A stretch of 63,709 bases of DNA, filler included, from Lama guanicoe (Eukaryota): NCBI GenBank assembly GCA_013239625.1. It is 177 parts of 177 records of this genome, joined end to end, with 100 filler letters (N's around TTAATTAATTAA, not from the genome) between each part and the next. Parts side by side here need not be neighbours in the genome. Positions count along the whole stretch, not along the records: positions 24,118 to 24,377 come from PNXV01050038.1; positions 24,478 to 24,737 come from PNXV01050039.1; positions 24,838 to 25,097 come from PNXV01050040.1; positions 25,198 to 25,457 come from PNXV01050041.1; positions 25,558 to 25,817 come from PNXV01050042.1; positions 25,918 to 26,177 come from PNXV01050043.1; positions 26,278 to 26,537 come from PNXV01050044.1; positions 26,638 to 26,897 come from PNXV01050045.1; 169 more parts are not named here. The stretch is one strand, 5' to 3'. How positions within the stretch are numbered: position 1 is the first letter of the stretch; every line of letters starts with the position of its first letter. Positions 24,018 to 35,555 of this stretch are shown here, one piece after another. The notes under the pieces were generated by a model. The model did no database searches, was not told where the DNA came from, and saw nothing but the letters and a program-made list of their open reading frames with translations. Made by a program: the position numbers and the translations under genes.

Positions 24018-26289
24018 NNNNNNNNNNNNNNNNNNNNNNNNNNNNNNNNNNNNNNNNNNNNTTAATTAATTAANNNNNNNNNNNNNNNNNNNNNNNNNNN
24101 NNNNNNNNNNNNNNNNNTGGGGGGAATTCAGAGGCAGAGCACCTGCATTTCTCAAGACCTCTAAGTTTACCATTTGGGGGTGATGCTCTCCACACAACCA
24201 GGCTTCCCATCTTCAAGGACCAGGAAAGGGTCTTCAGAAGGTATTCACGGTTTTTTCTTTCCCTGGATCTACACCTCTGTCTGAGAACTAGCCTCCGAGT
24301 CTGGTCCAAGTGCCCTGGGTTGGAGCACGGCTAATTTCTAGCCAACATCCAAAGCTCTGTGCTTTTCCATTGTTGGCNNNNNNNNNNNNNNNNNNNNNNN
24401 NNNNNNNNNNNNNNNNNNNNNTTAATTAATTAANNNNNNNNNNNNNNNNNNNNNNNNNNNNNNNNNNNNNNNNNNNNTAACAACAGCTTTATACAAAGAG
24501 AATTGAGGAATGGCAAATTCGAAGTCAGCTATGAGAATGTGGGAAAGTTTTCTGTGAAGAGATTAGGGTAACAGCTGGCAAACAGATGTAACAGGGGAAA
24601 AGGGCAGGGGGAGGGATAAGGTGGGAGTTTGGGATTTGCAGGTATTAACTACCATGCATAAAACAGATAAACAAGACCCTACTGTATAGCACTGGGTATT
24701 ATATTCAATATCTCGTAATAGCCTATAATAGGAAAAANNNNNNNNNNNNNNNNNNNNNNNNNNNNNNNNNNNNNNNNNNNNTTAATTAATTAANNNNNNN
24801 NNNNNNNNNNNNNNNNNNNNNNNNNNNNNNNNNNNNNCCAGTTGCCCTTTGGCCCATTATCACACACACAGTAAAGTTAGTTAATGTATCTATTTCAGTT
24901 CTCTTGTCTACATGATAATGATTTTAATAATTAATAAGCATTAATCTGTATGCTATGATTCTATAAAGTGAGTAGATATGAAATGCTTAGAGGATTCAAT
25001 AAGTAGGAGTTGCTAGACAAAACCCAACCTGATCTGCTAAGAGTATACATTTAAAATATCATCTATATTGTATAGTTTATTTTCAGATTATAAGAAGNNN
25101 NNNNNNNNNNNNNNNNNNNNNNNNNNNNNNNNNNNNNNNNNTTAATTAATTAANNNNNNNNNNNNNNNNNNNNNNNNNNNNNNNNNNNNNNNNNNNNAGG
25201 GTAAATAATAATCATAAAATACAAGAAAGCAATACATTCTATGGAAAGATACAACATGAAACAAGATAGGAAATATGAGAAGCAGATGCAGGGAGTTAAG
25301 GTTGCAATTTTGAATTATAGTATCAGTAGGAAGTCACTGTGACTCATAAATATAGATTGTTTTCCTAAAAAATGTATTCTGTACGTGTGGAATTATGAGA
25401 AAGAATTGGAAAATATTTAACATTAAAAATATCTCATTTTAAAAGCATATTTAAACANNNNNNNNNNNNNNNNNNNNNNNNNNNNNNNNNNNNNNNNNNN
25501 NTTAATTAATTAANNNNNNNNNNNNNNNNNNNNNNNNNNNNNNNNNNNNNNNNNNNNCATTGTAACTGACTACATGTCAATAAAAAATTAAACACATGAG
25601 CTAAAATGGAAACTGCTCAATAAAAGCTGATGAGTCATACACCTTTGTATTCCCACTTGAATAAATGAAAGACAAAATTGACTGCCAAGCCCTCCGATGT
25701 ACTCAGTGTCTGGTTTCCCTAAGGGAGGGGTGGGAGGGGCATCTCCTGACTAGCAATAAACTTACTCTGCATCAAAAAGCCGAAACACTCATCTGGTCTC
25801 TTCTTCATTTTACATTTNNNNNNNNNNNNNNNNNNNNNNNNNNNNNNNNNNNNNNNNNNNNTTAATTAATTAANNNNNNNNNNNNNNNNNNNNNNNNNNN
25901 NNNNNNNNNNNNNNNNNCCATGGTCCATTTTCCATGACTGCTCAGTAGGCTTCTACAGATGTTAGAGGTCAGATTTGGGGTGGGGAGGGGAACTTATTGA
26001 AGTACAGTTGATTTACAATGTCGTATTAGTTTCAGGTATGCAGCAAAGTGATTCAGATATACATGTGTATATATGTACACACATATTTTCTCAAGAAGAT
26101 ACAAGTGAAGGAGGATACCATTGCCGAGGTCAACATGTGAGACAGGACTCGGGGAAAGGAGATGCAGCAGAAGAAATNNNNNNNNNNNNNNNNNNNNNNN
26201 NNNNNNNNNNNNNNNNNNNNNTTAATTAATTAANNNNNNNNNNNNNNNNNNNNNNNNNNNNNNNNNNNNNNNNNNNNCCCTGAGGGTTC

Positions 26290-26465
26290 CAAGCATGGCC
26301 TCTGGAGTCAGACTGGCTGGGTATTAATCCTTAGAGGGCAAGGCACTTAAGTGGCCTGTGCCTCAGTGTTCTCCACTGTGAGATGACAACAGTAATACTA
26401 ACAGCATAGGCTTGCTTAAAGGATGGGAGATTTATAACCGTGCCTGGAAATAAAGGTTAGCTGTT
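26290..26465 (+). mobile_element. MIR SINE
   Basis: ctctggagtcagactggctgggt..ctgtgcctcagtgttctccactgtgagatg is the MIR core. Confidence 0.75.
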
Positions 26466-26637
26466 CCCAATAAAGTATACTCGTAGCATCTGCACCCACA
26501 GATGATTACAAGGGGAAGAGCTGGAGCGTCTGCACCCNNNNNNNNNNNNNNNNNNNNNNNNNNNNNNNNNNNNNNNNNNNNTTAATTAATTAANNNNNNN
26601 NNNNNNNNNNNNNNNNNNNNNNNNNNNNNNNNNNNNN

Positions 26638-26897
26638 TTGGATCTGCCTGCCCTGGGTTCTGCCCGTGCTGACCCCCAGCCCTGTGACTTCCGGGAGAGC
26701 CACTTCCTGCATGAGCAGGTGAAACGCAACAAGAAGATGGCAACCACCTGACTCACCTCCGCAGGCTGCCTGGTGCCCGGGCTGGGCGGGGCGAGTATCT
26801 CTTGGAAAGGCTCACCCTCAAGCATGACTAGGAGCCTCTGGAACTTAAAGGCCTTTGAAAAGCCCCTGTGGTGTCCAGGCTTCTACCTGAAGCCTCT
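26638..26897 (+). pseudogene. FTL: Ferritin light chain processed pseudogene, 3' end
   Basis: [34 protein letters not shown] / [29 protein letters not shown] (stop 26829-26831). There is a 1-bp frameshift after KKM and no intron, followed by 3'UTR-like sequence. Confidence 0.92.
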
Positions 26898-28080
26898 NNN
26901 NNNNNNNNNNNNNNNNNNNNNNNNNNNNNNNNNNNNNNNNNTTAATTAATTAANNNNNNNNNNNNNNNNNNNNNNNNNNNNNNNNNNNNNNNNNNNNGGG
27001 GCCACGGGCCAGGGAGGCCACAGCCTCCAGGCTGGGCCATCAGGGTGGGAAGGAGGCTGGGAGCCCCCTCACCATGTGCCCTCTCTCCTAGGTGGCCAAG
27101 GCTACCTGGCCACCATTAATTGGCTCTGTTAATCCAGTAATGAGACAGAAATGAGGCTTACAGACAGAGGGGGCATTGAGCCAGGGAAGAATGGCTGCTT
27201 CTGTCTGGGCCTGGAGGGGCAGCCCAACCCCCAGCCTTGCCCACTCCTCTGCTGCCTCNNNNNNNNNNNNNNNNNNNNNNNNNNNNNNNNNNNNNNNNNN
27301 NNTTAATTAATTAANNNNNNNNNNNNNNNNNNNNNNNNNNNNNNNNNNNNNNNNNNNNAATTCTGCTTTTAAAGAGGTATTAAGATGGTCCTTGCTTACT
27401 TCCAGATGAATATATAACAAAGCTATTCCTTAAGGATACATACCCTTATCAATTGGTTGTACAATAATGTGCTCTCTCTTACCCCCTGGAGTAACATTAT
27501 ATCCCAGTGTATAGCTTCTCTTCCTCCATTTAGAAAGCAGTCATCAGGAGAAGAATATATTCATAAAATTTATGGCTCTTGGCTTGACTAGACCTTGAGA
27601 TGACTCTGTTGAATGTACCNNNNNNNNNNNNNNNNNNNNNNNNNNNNNNNNNNNNNNNNNNNNTTAATTAATTAANNNNNNNNNNNNNNNNNNNNNNNNN
27701 NNNNNNNNNNNNNNNNNNNTTTTTTTTTTTGAGATAGGAAAATAAAGCACATGGAAATGAATCTACGTGGCTAATAAGTATGGAACTGTGGACACAGGTT
27801 CAGAAATTCAGAAGCATAACTTGGACTTCCTCACACTAGTTCAAAACTCGCAGACACTAGCTGGAGTATCTACGTGCCTCGGACTTGTTTTGAATTCTCT
27901 ACTTTTCCCCAAAACACTTTTGTCCCAGTCCAGAACACTAACCCACCACCCACACCCTGAAGCAAGGACGAGAGACTAAANNNNNNNNNNNNNNNNNNNN
28001 NNNNNNNNNNNNNNNNNNNNNNNNTTAATTAATTAANNNNNNNNNNNNNNNNNNNNNNNNNNNNNNNNNNNNNNNNNNNN

Positions 28081-28339
28081 GCATTTTATATTTTATATTC
28101 TGTGTCCTAAATTCTAAATTCTACATTTTTTTTCTGTATTCTAAATTCTATATTCTGTGTTGTGAAATCAATATTCTAAACCCTGTTTTCTGGTTTCAGT
28201 ATTATATATGCTATAGTCTATGTTCTACATTCCATATTCTGCATTCAAATTTCTGTATTATATATTCATAATCAGTGTTCTACATTCTATATTACACATT
28301 CTATTTCTGTATTCTATATTCTATATTCTGTGTTCTGAA
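28081..28339. repeat. Degenerate ~7-bp tandem repeat (ATTCTAT/ATTCTGT/ATTCTAC)
   Basis: The ttct core recurs throughout the contig. Confidence 0.75.
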
Positions 28340-28439
28340 NNNNNNNNNNNNNNNNNNNNNNNNNNNNNNNNNNNNNNNNNNNNTTAATTAATTAANNNNN
28401 NNNNNNNNNNNNNNNNNNNNNNNNNNNNNNNNNNNNNNN

Positions 28440-28699
28440 TAACCTGAAATTAATACAACCTTGTAAACCAACTATACTTCAATAAAAAATAAAAACAAAA
28501 TAAATACTGGCTATGTTCCCTGTGCTGGACAGTATATCCTTGCAGGTCATTTATTTTGTACATAGTTTTTTGTGTCTCTTCCTCTCCTCCTCCTGTCTTT
28601 CCCTTCGCCTTTCCCTCTCCGCACTGGTCACCACTGGTTTGTTTTCTGTATCTGTGAGTCTGCTTCTGTTTTCTTATATTCACCAGTTTGTTGTAGTTT
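28440..28699 (-). mobile_element. L1 3'UTR fragments
   Basis: ggctatgttccctgtgctggacagtatatccttg..ctgtatctgtgagtctgcttctgtttt. A short sense L1 tail with aataaa lies at the left end. Confidence 0.8.
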
Positions 28700-29520
28700 N
28701 NNNNNNNNNNNNNNNNNNNNNNNNNNNNNNNNNNNNNNNNNNNTTAATTAATTAANNNNNNNNNNNNNNNNNNNNNNNNNNNNNNNNNNNNNNNNNNNNT
28801 GTGAGTCCATTTTGTTTTATACATAAGTATATATAAAAGATACATACATATATATAGATACACACACACACACACACCACAAATTCTTTATCCAGTCATA
28901 CAGAAGACATTTTTTTAAATCTATTTTTACAGATAATGGCTAACATTTGCAAATCTCAATCTTCCAAATTTACCCCTTCCCACCCCCTTTTCCCCTAGTA
29001 ACCATAAGACTGTTTACTATGTCTGTGAGTCTGTTTCTATTTTGTAGATGAGTTCATTANNNNNNNNNNNNNNNNNNNNNNNNNNNNNNNNNNNNNNNNN
29101 NNNTTAATTAATTAANNNNNNNNNNNNNNNNNNNNNNNNNNNNNNNNNNNNNNNNNNNNCTGAAGAGATCACAAAGACTGCAAAGAGGAGATATAATTTG
29201 ACCGAGGTACATCTTAGACATTAGGAACAGCATAATACAAAATTAGAAACTTCACAGTGTGTTGGGTATTGATCAAGAGTCAGCGCTGAGAACAGAGACT
29301 AGAATAATGAAAAGAAAAAAAACCATCATGGAACATCAGACGGGGAATAGGAAACAAGCAATGTGGGTGTCTTTTTAGAAAAATATCGATGGAAAACTGA
29401 AATGTCAAAACAGCAGTTAANNNNNNNNNNNNNNNNNNNNNNNNNNNNNNNNNNNNNNNNNNNNTTAATTAATTAANNNNNNNNNNNNNNNNNNNNNNNN
29501 NNNNNNNNNNNNNNNNNNNN

Positions 29521-29781
29521 TTATCAGACCAAATAGAATTTAAAACAAAGGCTATAATGAAAGACAAAGAAGGGCATTATATAATGATAAAGGAATCAAT
29601 ACAAGAAAAAGATATTATACTTATTAACATATATACATCCATCTTGCAGCACCTAAATATATAAAACAAATACTAACAAACAAAAAGGGAGAAATTGAAA
29701 ATAACAAAAAAATAGGAGAAGACTTTAACACCCCACTGACAATGATGGACAGATCATCCAGACAGAAAATCAATAAAGCAA
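29521..29781 (+). mobile_element. L1 ORF2 endonuclease fragment
   Basis: KDKEGHYIMIKESIQEKDIILINIY, then DFNTPLTMMDRSSRQKINK. Confidence 0.93.
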
Positions 29782-30603
29782 NNNNNNNNNNNNNNNNNNN
29801 NNNNNNNNNNNNNNNNNNNNNNNNNTTAATTAATTAANNNNNNNNNNNNNNNNNNNNNNNNNNNNNNNNNNNNNNNNNNNNCCCACCAACATTTCACTAC
29901 AATTTTCATGGCGGTAATTTGCTCTGCCAAATTTCTTTAGCTAGTTTTGTTTACAGGACTTGGCTGTCATTTGGGAAAGAAAAGGTAACATATCCTAGCC
30001 TATAAGGTGTTTTCATCTTTTGCTCACAAGTTCTCATGTTCTCTTTTCCTTCTGTATGTGTGGGAAGATCACACTGCTTGGATCTTTTGCATTTGTTGAC
30101 ACGTTTCGGCCAGTGGGTTTTAGGCGGAGCTTTTAATTGCAGNNNNNNNNNNNNNNNNNNNNNNNNNNNNNNNNNNNNNNNNNNNNTTAATTAATTAANN
30201 NNNNNNNNNNNNNNNNNNNNNNNNNNNNNNNNNNNNNNNNNNGAAGGAAAGGGGGCAAAAAAAGTATTCATTAGATAAAATTTTCTTGTTTTCTCTTTAC
30301 TAAAGATCTCCTGTATATGAGTCATTGTCCTAAGCCCTGCATACGAGGGGGATAGTTTAAGGAGCCTTAAGGAGATGACAGGACCAAACTAACATGAAAC
30401 TTCATAGAGTACGACACCATTGTAATTACTATTTGAAGAAAATGCTGAAGAAAGCCTAGAGGAGGGAGCTACTGAACTCCATCATTCGGAGAACTTGGAT
30501 TGANNNNNNNNNNNNNNNNNNNNNNNNNNNNNNNNNNNNNNNNNNNNTTAATTAATTAANNNNNNNNNNNNNNNNNNNNNNNNNNNNNNNNNNNNNNNNN
30601 NNN

Positions 30604-30864
30604 ATAATTACTATAAATTTCAATGGACTAAATGCTCCAATCAAAAGACATAAAGTAGCAGACTGGATAATAAAACAAGAATCTACAATATGCCACATAC
30701 AAGAGACCCATTTTAGGGAGTAGGACACACATAGATTGAGAGTCAGAGGATGGAAAAAGATATTCTATGAAATTGGGATAGACAAGAAAGCAGGAATAGC
30801 AATATTGATTTCAGACAAAATAAGACTTTAAAACAAAGCCATAAAGAAAGATAAAGACGGACAT
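30604..30864 (+). mobile_element. L1 ORF2 N-terminal endonuclease fragment
   Basis: IITINFNGLNAPIKRHKVADWIIKQESTICHIQETHF, followed by a stop. Confidence 0.93.
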
Positions 30865-31325
30865 NNNNNNNNNNNNNNNNNNNNNNNNNNNNNNNNNNNN
30901 NNNNNNNNTTAATTAATTAANNNNNNNNNNNNNNNNNNNNNNNNNNNNNNNNNNNNNNNNNNNNTGAATCCAGGAAATTAACTATGTGGCTCATAGTAAG
31001 AATAAATGTAACCCCAAACCTAGCAATTTCATAAGGACATTTTAGTAGCTTTTTTATAATTAGCTAATATTTTTAATTGATTCTAATTTACCGGCTTTAT
31101 TCTAGAGCATGAAAAAGGAACCAGATTGCCGTTAGGCTGCATGAAAGTCTTTGGTTTATTTACGAATGGCTCTATGCTGTTCTGCAAATGTTTCGGTGCA
31201 CTCTGAAAATAGGGTCGGAACACGTNNNNNNNNNNNNNNNNNNNNNNNNNNNNNNNNNNNNNNNNNNNNTTAATTAATTAANNNNNNNNNNNNNNNNNNN
31301 NNNNNNNNNNNNNNNNNNNNNNNNN

Positions 31326-31450
31326 CTGGTGCTTACATGATGTAGGGTTTCCTGCATTTGGCCCCATGCCCCTCGTTTCTGCTCAGTTCTTGCCATTTGG
31401 CCCGGGTCCCCCTTTCTCTGCTCATATCTAGCTATCTGCCTGCTCTAGCA
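31326..31450 (-). mobile_element. ERV LTR 5' portion (solo or 5' LTR)
   Basis: Homologous to 33492-33609. On the minus strand it begins TGCTAGAGCAGGCAGATAGCT, next to unrelated flank. Confidence 0.7.
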
Positions 31451-33491
31451 ATCCTACAGAGTGCCATTATCTTTATGTTAGAGAACTGTATGTCCTGAGT
31501 ATCTGACAAAATTGTGTTGTAGGAGTCTTGGCAAGAAAAGATGAAAGTATGTTATTTATGCCATAGGTGTCTGGGTGAAATTTCAGNNNNNNNNNNNNNN
31601 NNNNNNNNNNNNNNNNNNNNNNNNNNNNNNTTAATTAATTAANNNNNNNNNNNNNNNNNNNNNNNNNNNNNNNNNNNNNNNNNNNNAAAGTGTCCCTCCA
31701 GCGGAAGTAGCTGTGATTCAGAGAGGCAGCGTTTACAACTGAGCGCCCGAGGGGAGGACAGGAGGAAGAGGAGAATGAGTGCATTTAACTAAGGAGGTGG
31801 GCTTTGGGCTCTGCCTTCCACGAGAAGAAGAGGAGCTGGGTGGGGACGGCGTGGGCTGGGGTTTTGGCAGATGATGTGAGAAAAATCCCCCAGAGAGAAC
31901 CCCAGTTTCACCCAGCTTTGAGGTTGAGCCACCAGCTCCCTCCGAGCNNNNNNNNNNNNNNNNNNNNNNNNNNNNNNNNNNNNNNNNNNNNTTAATTAAT
32001 TAANNNNNNNNNNNNNNNNNNNNNNNNNNNNNNNNNNNNNNNNNNNNCACCACCAACCCTGTCTGCGCTGGCTGGAGGGCCCTCTCTCCTGGAAATACAT
32101 CTCCAGGTCGTGCTTGTGGACTGGGGCTGAGCCCTCCAGCCGCTCCAGAGAAGCTCTAAGACGCCAAGCCGACAGTCGCCGAGGATGGTCTTCAAGGTGA
32201 GAAGCTTCCGTGTGACTCTGAGCTCACACGGGGCTGGTCCGCCCGGGCTGTGGCTGACGGGGGGGTAGGCTGAGGGGCTGCCTTGTGGGCGCCAGAAGTG
32301 CCTGCCATNNNNNNNNNNNNNNNNNNNNNNNNNNNNNNNNNNNNNNNNNNNNTTAATTAATTAANNNNNNNNNNNNNNNNNNNNNNNNNNNNNNNNNNNN
32401 NNNNNNNNTGATAGAAGTAAGTACTAAATCAATGTTGCTGTTATCTCATTGGGTTACACTGAGAATTTAATACAGTGCCTAAGATATGGTAAATGCCAAC
32501 ATGTGTTACATGGTCAAAATAATCCATTAATCAAATTATACAGTAATGGAAATGGATAAGTTCACTTAATAACCTTTCACAAGAGGGCCAGGGTTCACAG
32601 AGGCCTGGCTCTTACCTGATAGCTGCCTGCCTGGCAGCTCCATTGTCCCTATAGGTACCTCTTACCCTGNNNNNNNNNNNNNNNNNNNNNNNNNNNNNNN
32701 NNNNNNNNNNNNNTTAATTAATTAANNNNNNNNNNNNNNNNNNNNNNNNNNNNNNNNNNNNNNNNNNNNGCTGCCCACAGGAGGTAGTCAGGCTCCGCTA
32801 CAATCACCGCTATCCTCTTGGACATCTGGATTTTCAGTGCGCTACGAAGCGCACTGCTTGTGTCCTTCGACAAACTCAAGTGGGTGTCTGGATCTCACAA
32901 CTGACACCCAAAGTACCCAACAGGCCCGTGCGCAAAATCCCGCGACGTGTCATGCTGACGCCCAGGGGCAGCTCTGGCAGTTTCCGGGGCAGGCCCGACC
33001 CGGCGCAGGGGTGGGGAGCACGACGGGAGGNNNNNNNNNNNNNNNNNNNNNNNNNNNNNNNNNNNNNNNNNNNNTTAATTAATTAANNNNNNNNNNNNNN
33101 NNNNNNNNNNNNNNNNNNNNNNNNNNNNNNAAAAAATCTACAGCTACGTCTGTCTGGCAACTAGCTTGTTTGCCATTTATCTGTCTATCTATCAATCTAT
33201 CCATTCAATCCATCCATTCAATCCATCCATCTATTCATCTAAAGAGAGAAAGAGAAAAGGTAAATGGCGAAATTGAGACCACTTGATTAGGGAGAACTTT
33301 ATTTGTCAAGCCACTAATTATATTGAAATATGTTCAAATTGGGTATCAAGGGATCTTCAATTTGTAAGCCAAGAAAAACTGAAAGAAAAAANNNNNNNNN
33401 NNNNNNNNNNNNNNNNNNNNNNNNNNNNNNNNNNNTTAATTAATTAANNNNNNNNNNNNNNNNNNNNNNNNNNNNNNNNNNNNNNNNNNNN

Positions 33492-33752
33492 CTCACATGA
33501 CGTGTGGTTTCCTGCATTTGTCCTGTGCCCCTCCTTTCTGCCTAATTCCTGCCATTTGATCTGTGTCCCCATTTCTCTTCTCATATTTAGCTATCTGCCT
33601 GCTCTAACATTTTCCCCTCAAGGAGTCTGGACACTTAAAATCTTTTAAGGGGAAAAGGGATGATGGTCAGTCTTCTGTAACTGCTTCAAGCTGAATATGG
33701 ACATAATCCCTACCTGTGGGCCCAGATCTCCTTGCTATCTGTCAGAGATATG
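33492..33752 (-). mobile_element. ERV internal/3'LTR junction with polypurine tract
   Basis: Minus strand ...TGAGGGGAAAA|TGTTAGAGCAGGCAGATAGCT. Same LTR family as 31326-31450. Confidence 0.7.
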
Positions 33753-33852
33753 NNNNNNNNNNNNNNNNNNNNNNNNNNNNNNNNNNNNNNNNNNNNTTAA
33801 TTAATTAANNNNNNNNNNNNNNNNNNNNNNNNNNNNNNNNNNNNNNNNNNNN

Positions 33853-34070
33853 TGTCAAACCCAAAAGGGAATCCAATTAGCTTTACCTACAAAATACACC
33901 CGCAATGTAACTGGCTCTTTTCACCATGACTGTTTCTCTCCTGTCAACAACCTGATGCATCAGTTTCCCTGCTTCTCACTTTGCCATCTTCATGTTCAAT
34001 CCAGAAGCCATGACCATCCTTGTCAAACATAATTGAGAATATATGACTCTTCAGCTCTGTACTGTTTCAC
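33853..34070 (+). mobile_element. L2 fragment
   Basis: ctttacctacaaaatacacc..tttccctgcttctcactttgcc..ccagaagccatgaccatccttgtcaaacataa. Confidence 0.6.
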
Positions 34071-35523
34071 CTCCCTCGGAAAACACGTGCCCTATTATTT
34101 TTGGCCCAATAGCNNNNNNNNNNNNNNNNNNNNNNNNNNNNNNNNNNNNNNNNNNNNTTAATTAATTAANNNNNNNNNNNNNNNNNNNNNNNNNNNNNNN
34201 NNNNNNNNNNNNNACAGCTGCCTGACTGAGGGCGCAGAGTGGCTGGAACCTCGCTTCCTGCCAACAGCTGATCTCTCCGGGGGTGTGGGCTGCAGGGGAA
34301 GAGGATGTGAAAGGGCTTTGAGCAACTCAGAAACCTGGGCAAAAACCTTGTGCCTTTCCTCCTCCTGGGCTGGGCTACCTTGGGGCTGACACTGGCCTCT
34401 CCTGCCAGTCTTTGGGGTGCGCCTGATAATGGAAGAGGGTCACCCCAGAAGCTCTTCCCTGCACCCTCACCCTCNNNNNNNNNNNNNNNNNNNNNNNNNN
34501 NNNNNNNNNNNNNNNNNNTTAATTAATTAANNNNNNNNNNNNNNNNNNNNNNNNNNNNNNNNNNNNNNNNNNNNCCACCAATGTCTATCACACTGGTCCC
34601 TCCTAGGTTCATGAATCTCTTCTGCTTACCACTGCCCATCTCCAAGCAAAAGGTGAAGTATTATCGTTCTACATTTGATCTTCAAATAATTCTAGCCCTA
34701 ACCTTTTTAAGCTACAGACCCAGATTTACAACGTCCTTCTGAACACCTCCACCCAAATAACCCAGGTGCTCTCAAAATGATCGTGATGAAACCAAATTTA
34801 TCATTTTCCTAAATTAAAAAGAAAATTCTGAACAANNNNNNNNNNNNNNNNNNNNNNNNNNNNNNNNNNNNNNNNNNNNTTAATTAATTAANNNNNNNNN
34901 NNNNNNNNNNNNNNNNNNNNNNNNNNNNNNNNNNNAGAAGCCATTTTGACTTCTCTTTTACAAACACACACACACATACAAGCAAAAAAGAAAGATAGTC
35001 CTTTTTTTATGTTGTATAAGTTTTCAAGTGTCCAATGGACGCAAGTAAAGTAGGGGGAAAGAATTATTTTCGTTCCATCTTGACTCCTTTAGTAATTGTT
35101 ACCATACACATTAGCCAACTGCACTACAGCTAACTTTTTTGGTAACAACTAGAATTGATATAATGAATAGTTCCTGTTGATATCAGAAGATCCCAANNNN
35201 NNNNNNNNNNNNNNNNNNNNNNNNNNNNNNNNNNNNNNNNTTAATTAATTAANNNNNNNNNNNNNNNNNNNNNNNNNNNNNNNNNNNNNNNNNNNNCACT
35301 GGAATTTGACACAACATTGTAAAATGATTATAAGTCAATAAAAATTTAAGAAAACAAAAAAAATAAAAAGGAGATCAAAATGGAAATTATTAAATATTTA
35401 GAACTGAATGACAATTAAAATACAATTTATCAATGCAGGATGGAGTTAAATATTCCTTAGAGAAAAATATTCAGCACTGAATAAATTTATTACAAGTAAA
35501 ATGTTATTCAATGAAAAGAGATA

Positions 35524-35555
35524 TCCCTGTTATCTAGTGGTTAGGATTCAGTGCT
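35524..35555 (+). mobile_element. tRNA-Glu-derived SINE head or tRNA pseudogene, truncated by the contig end
   Basis: tccctgttatctagtggttaggattcagtgct versus tRNA-Glu TCCCTGGTGGTCTAGTGGTTAGGATTCGGCGCT. Confidence 0.65.
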
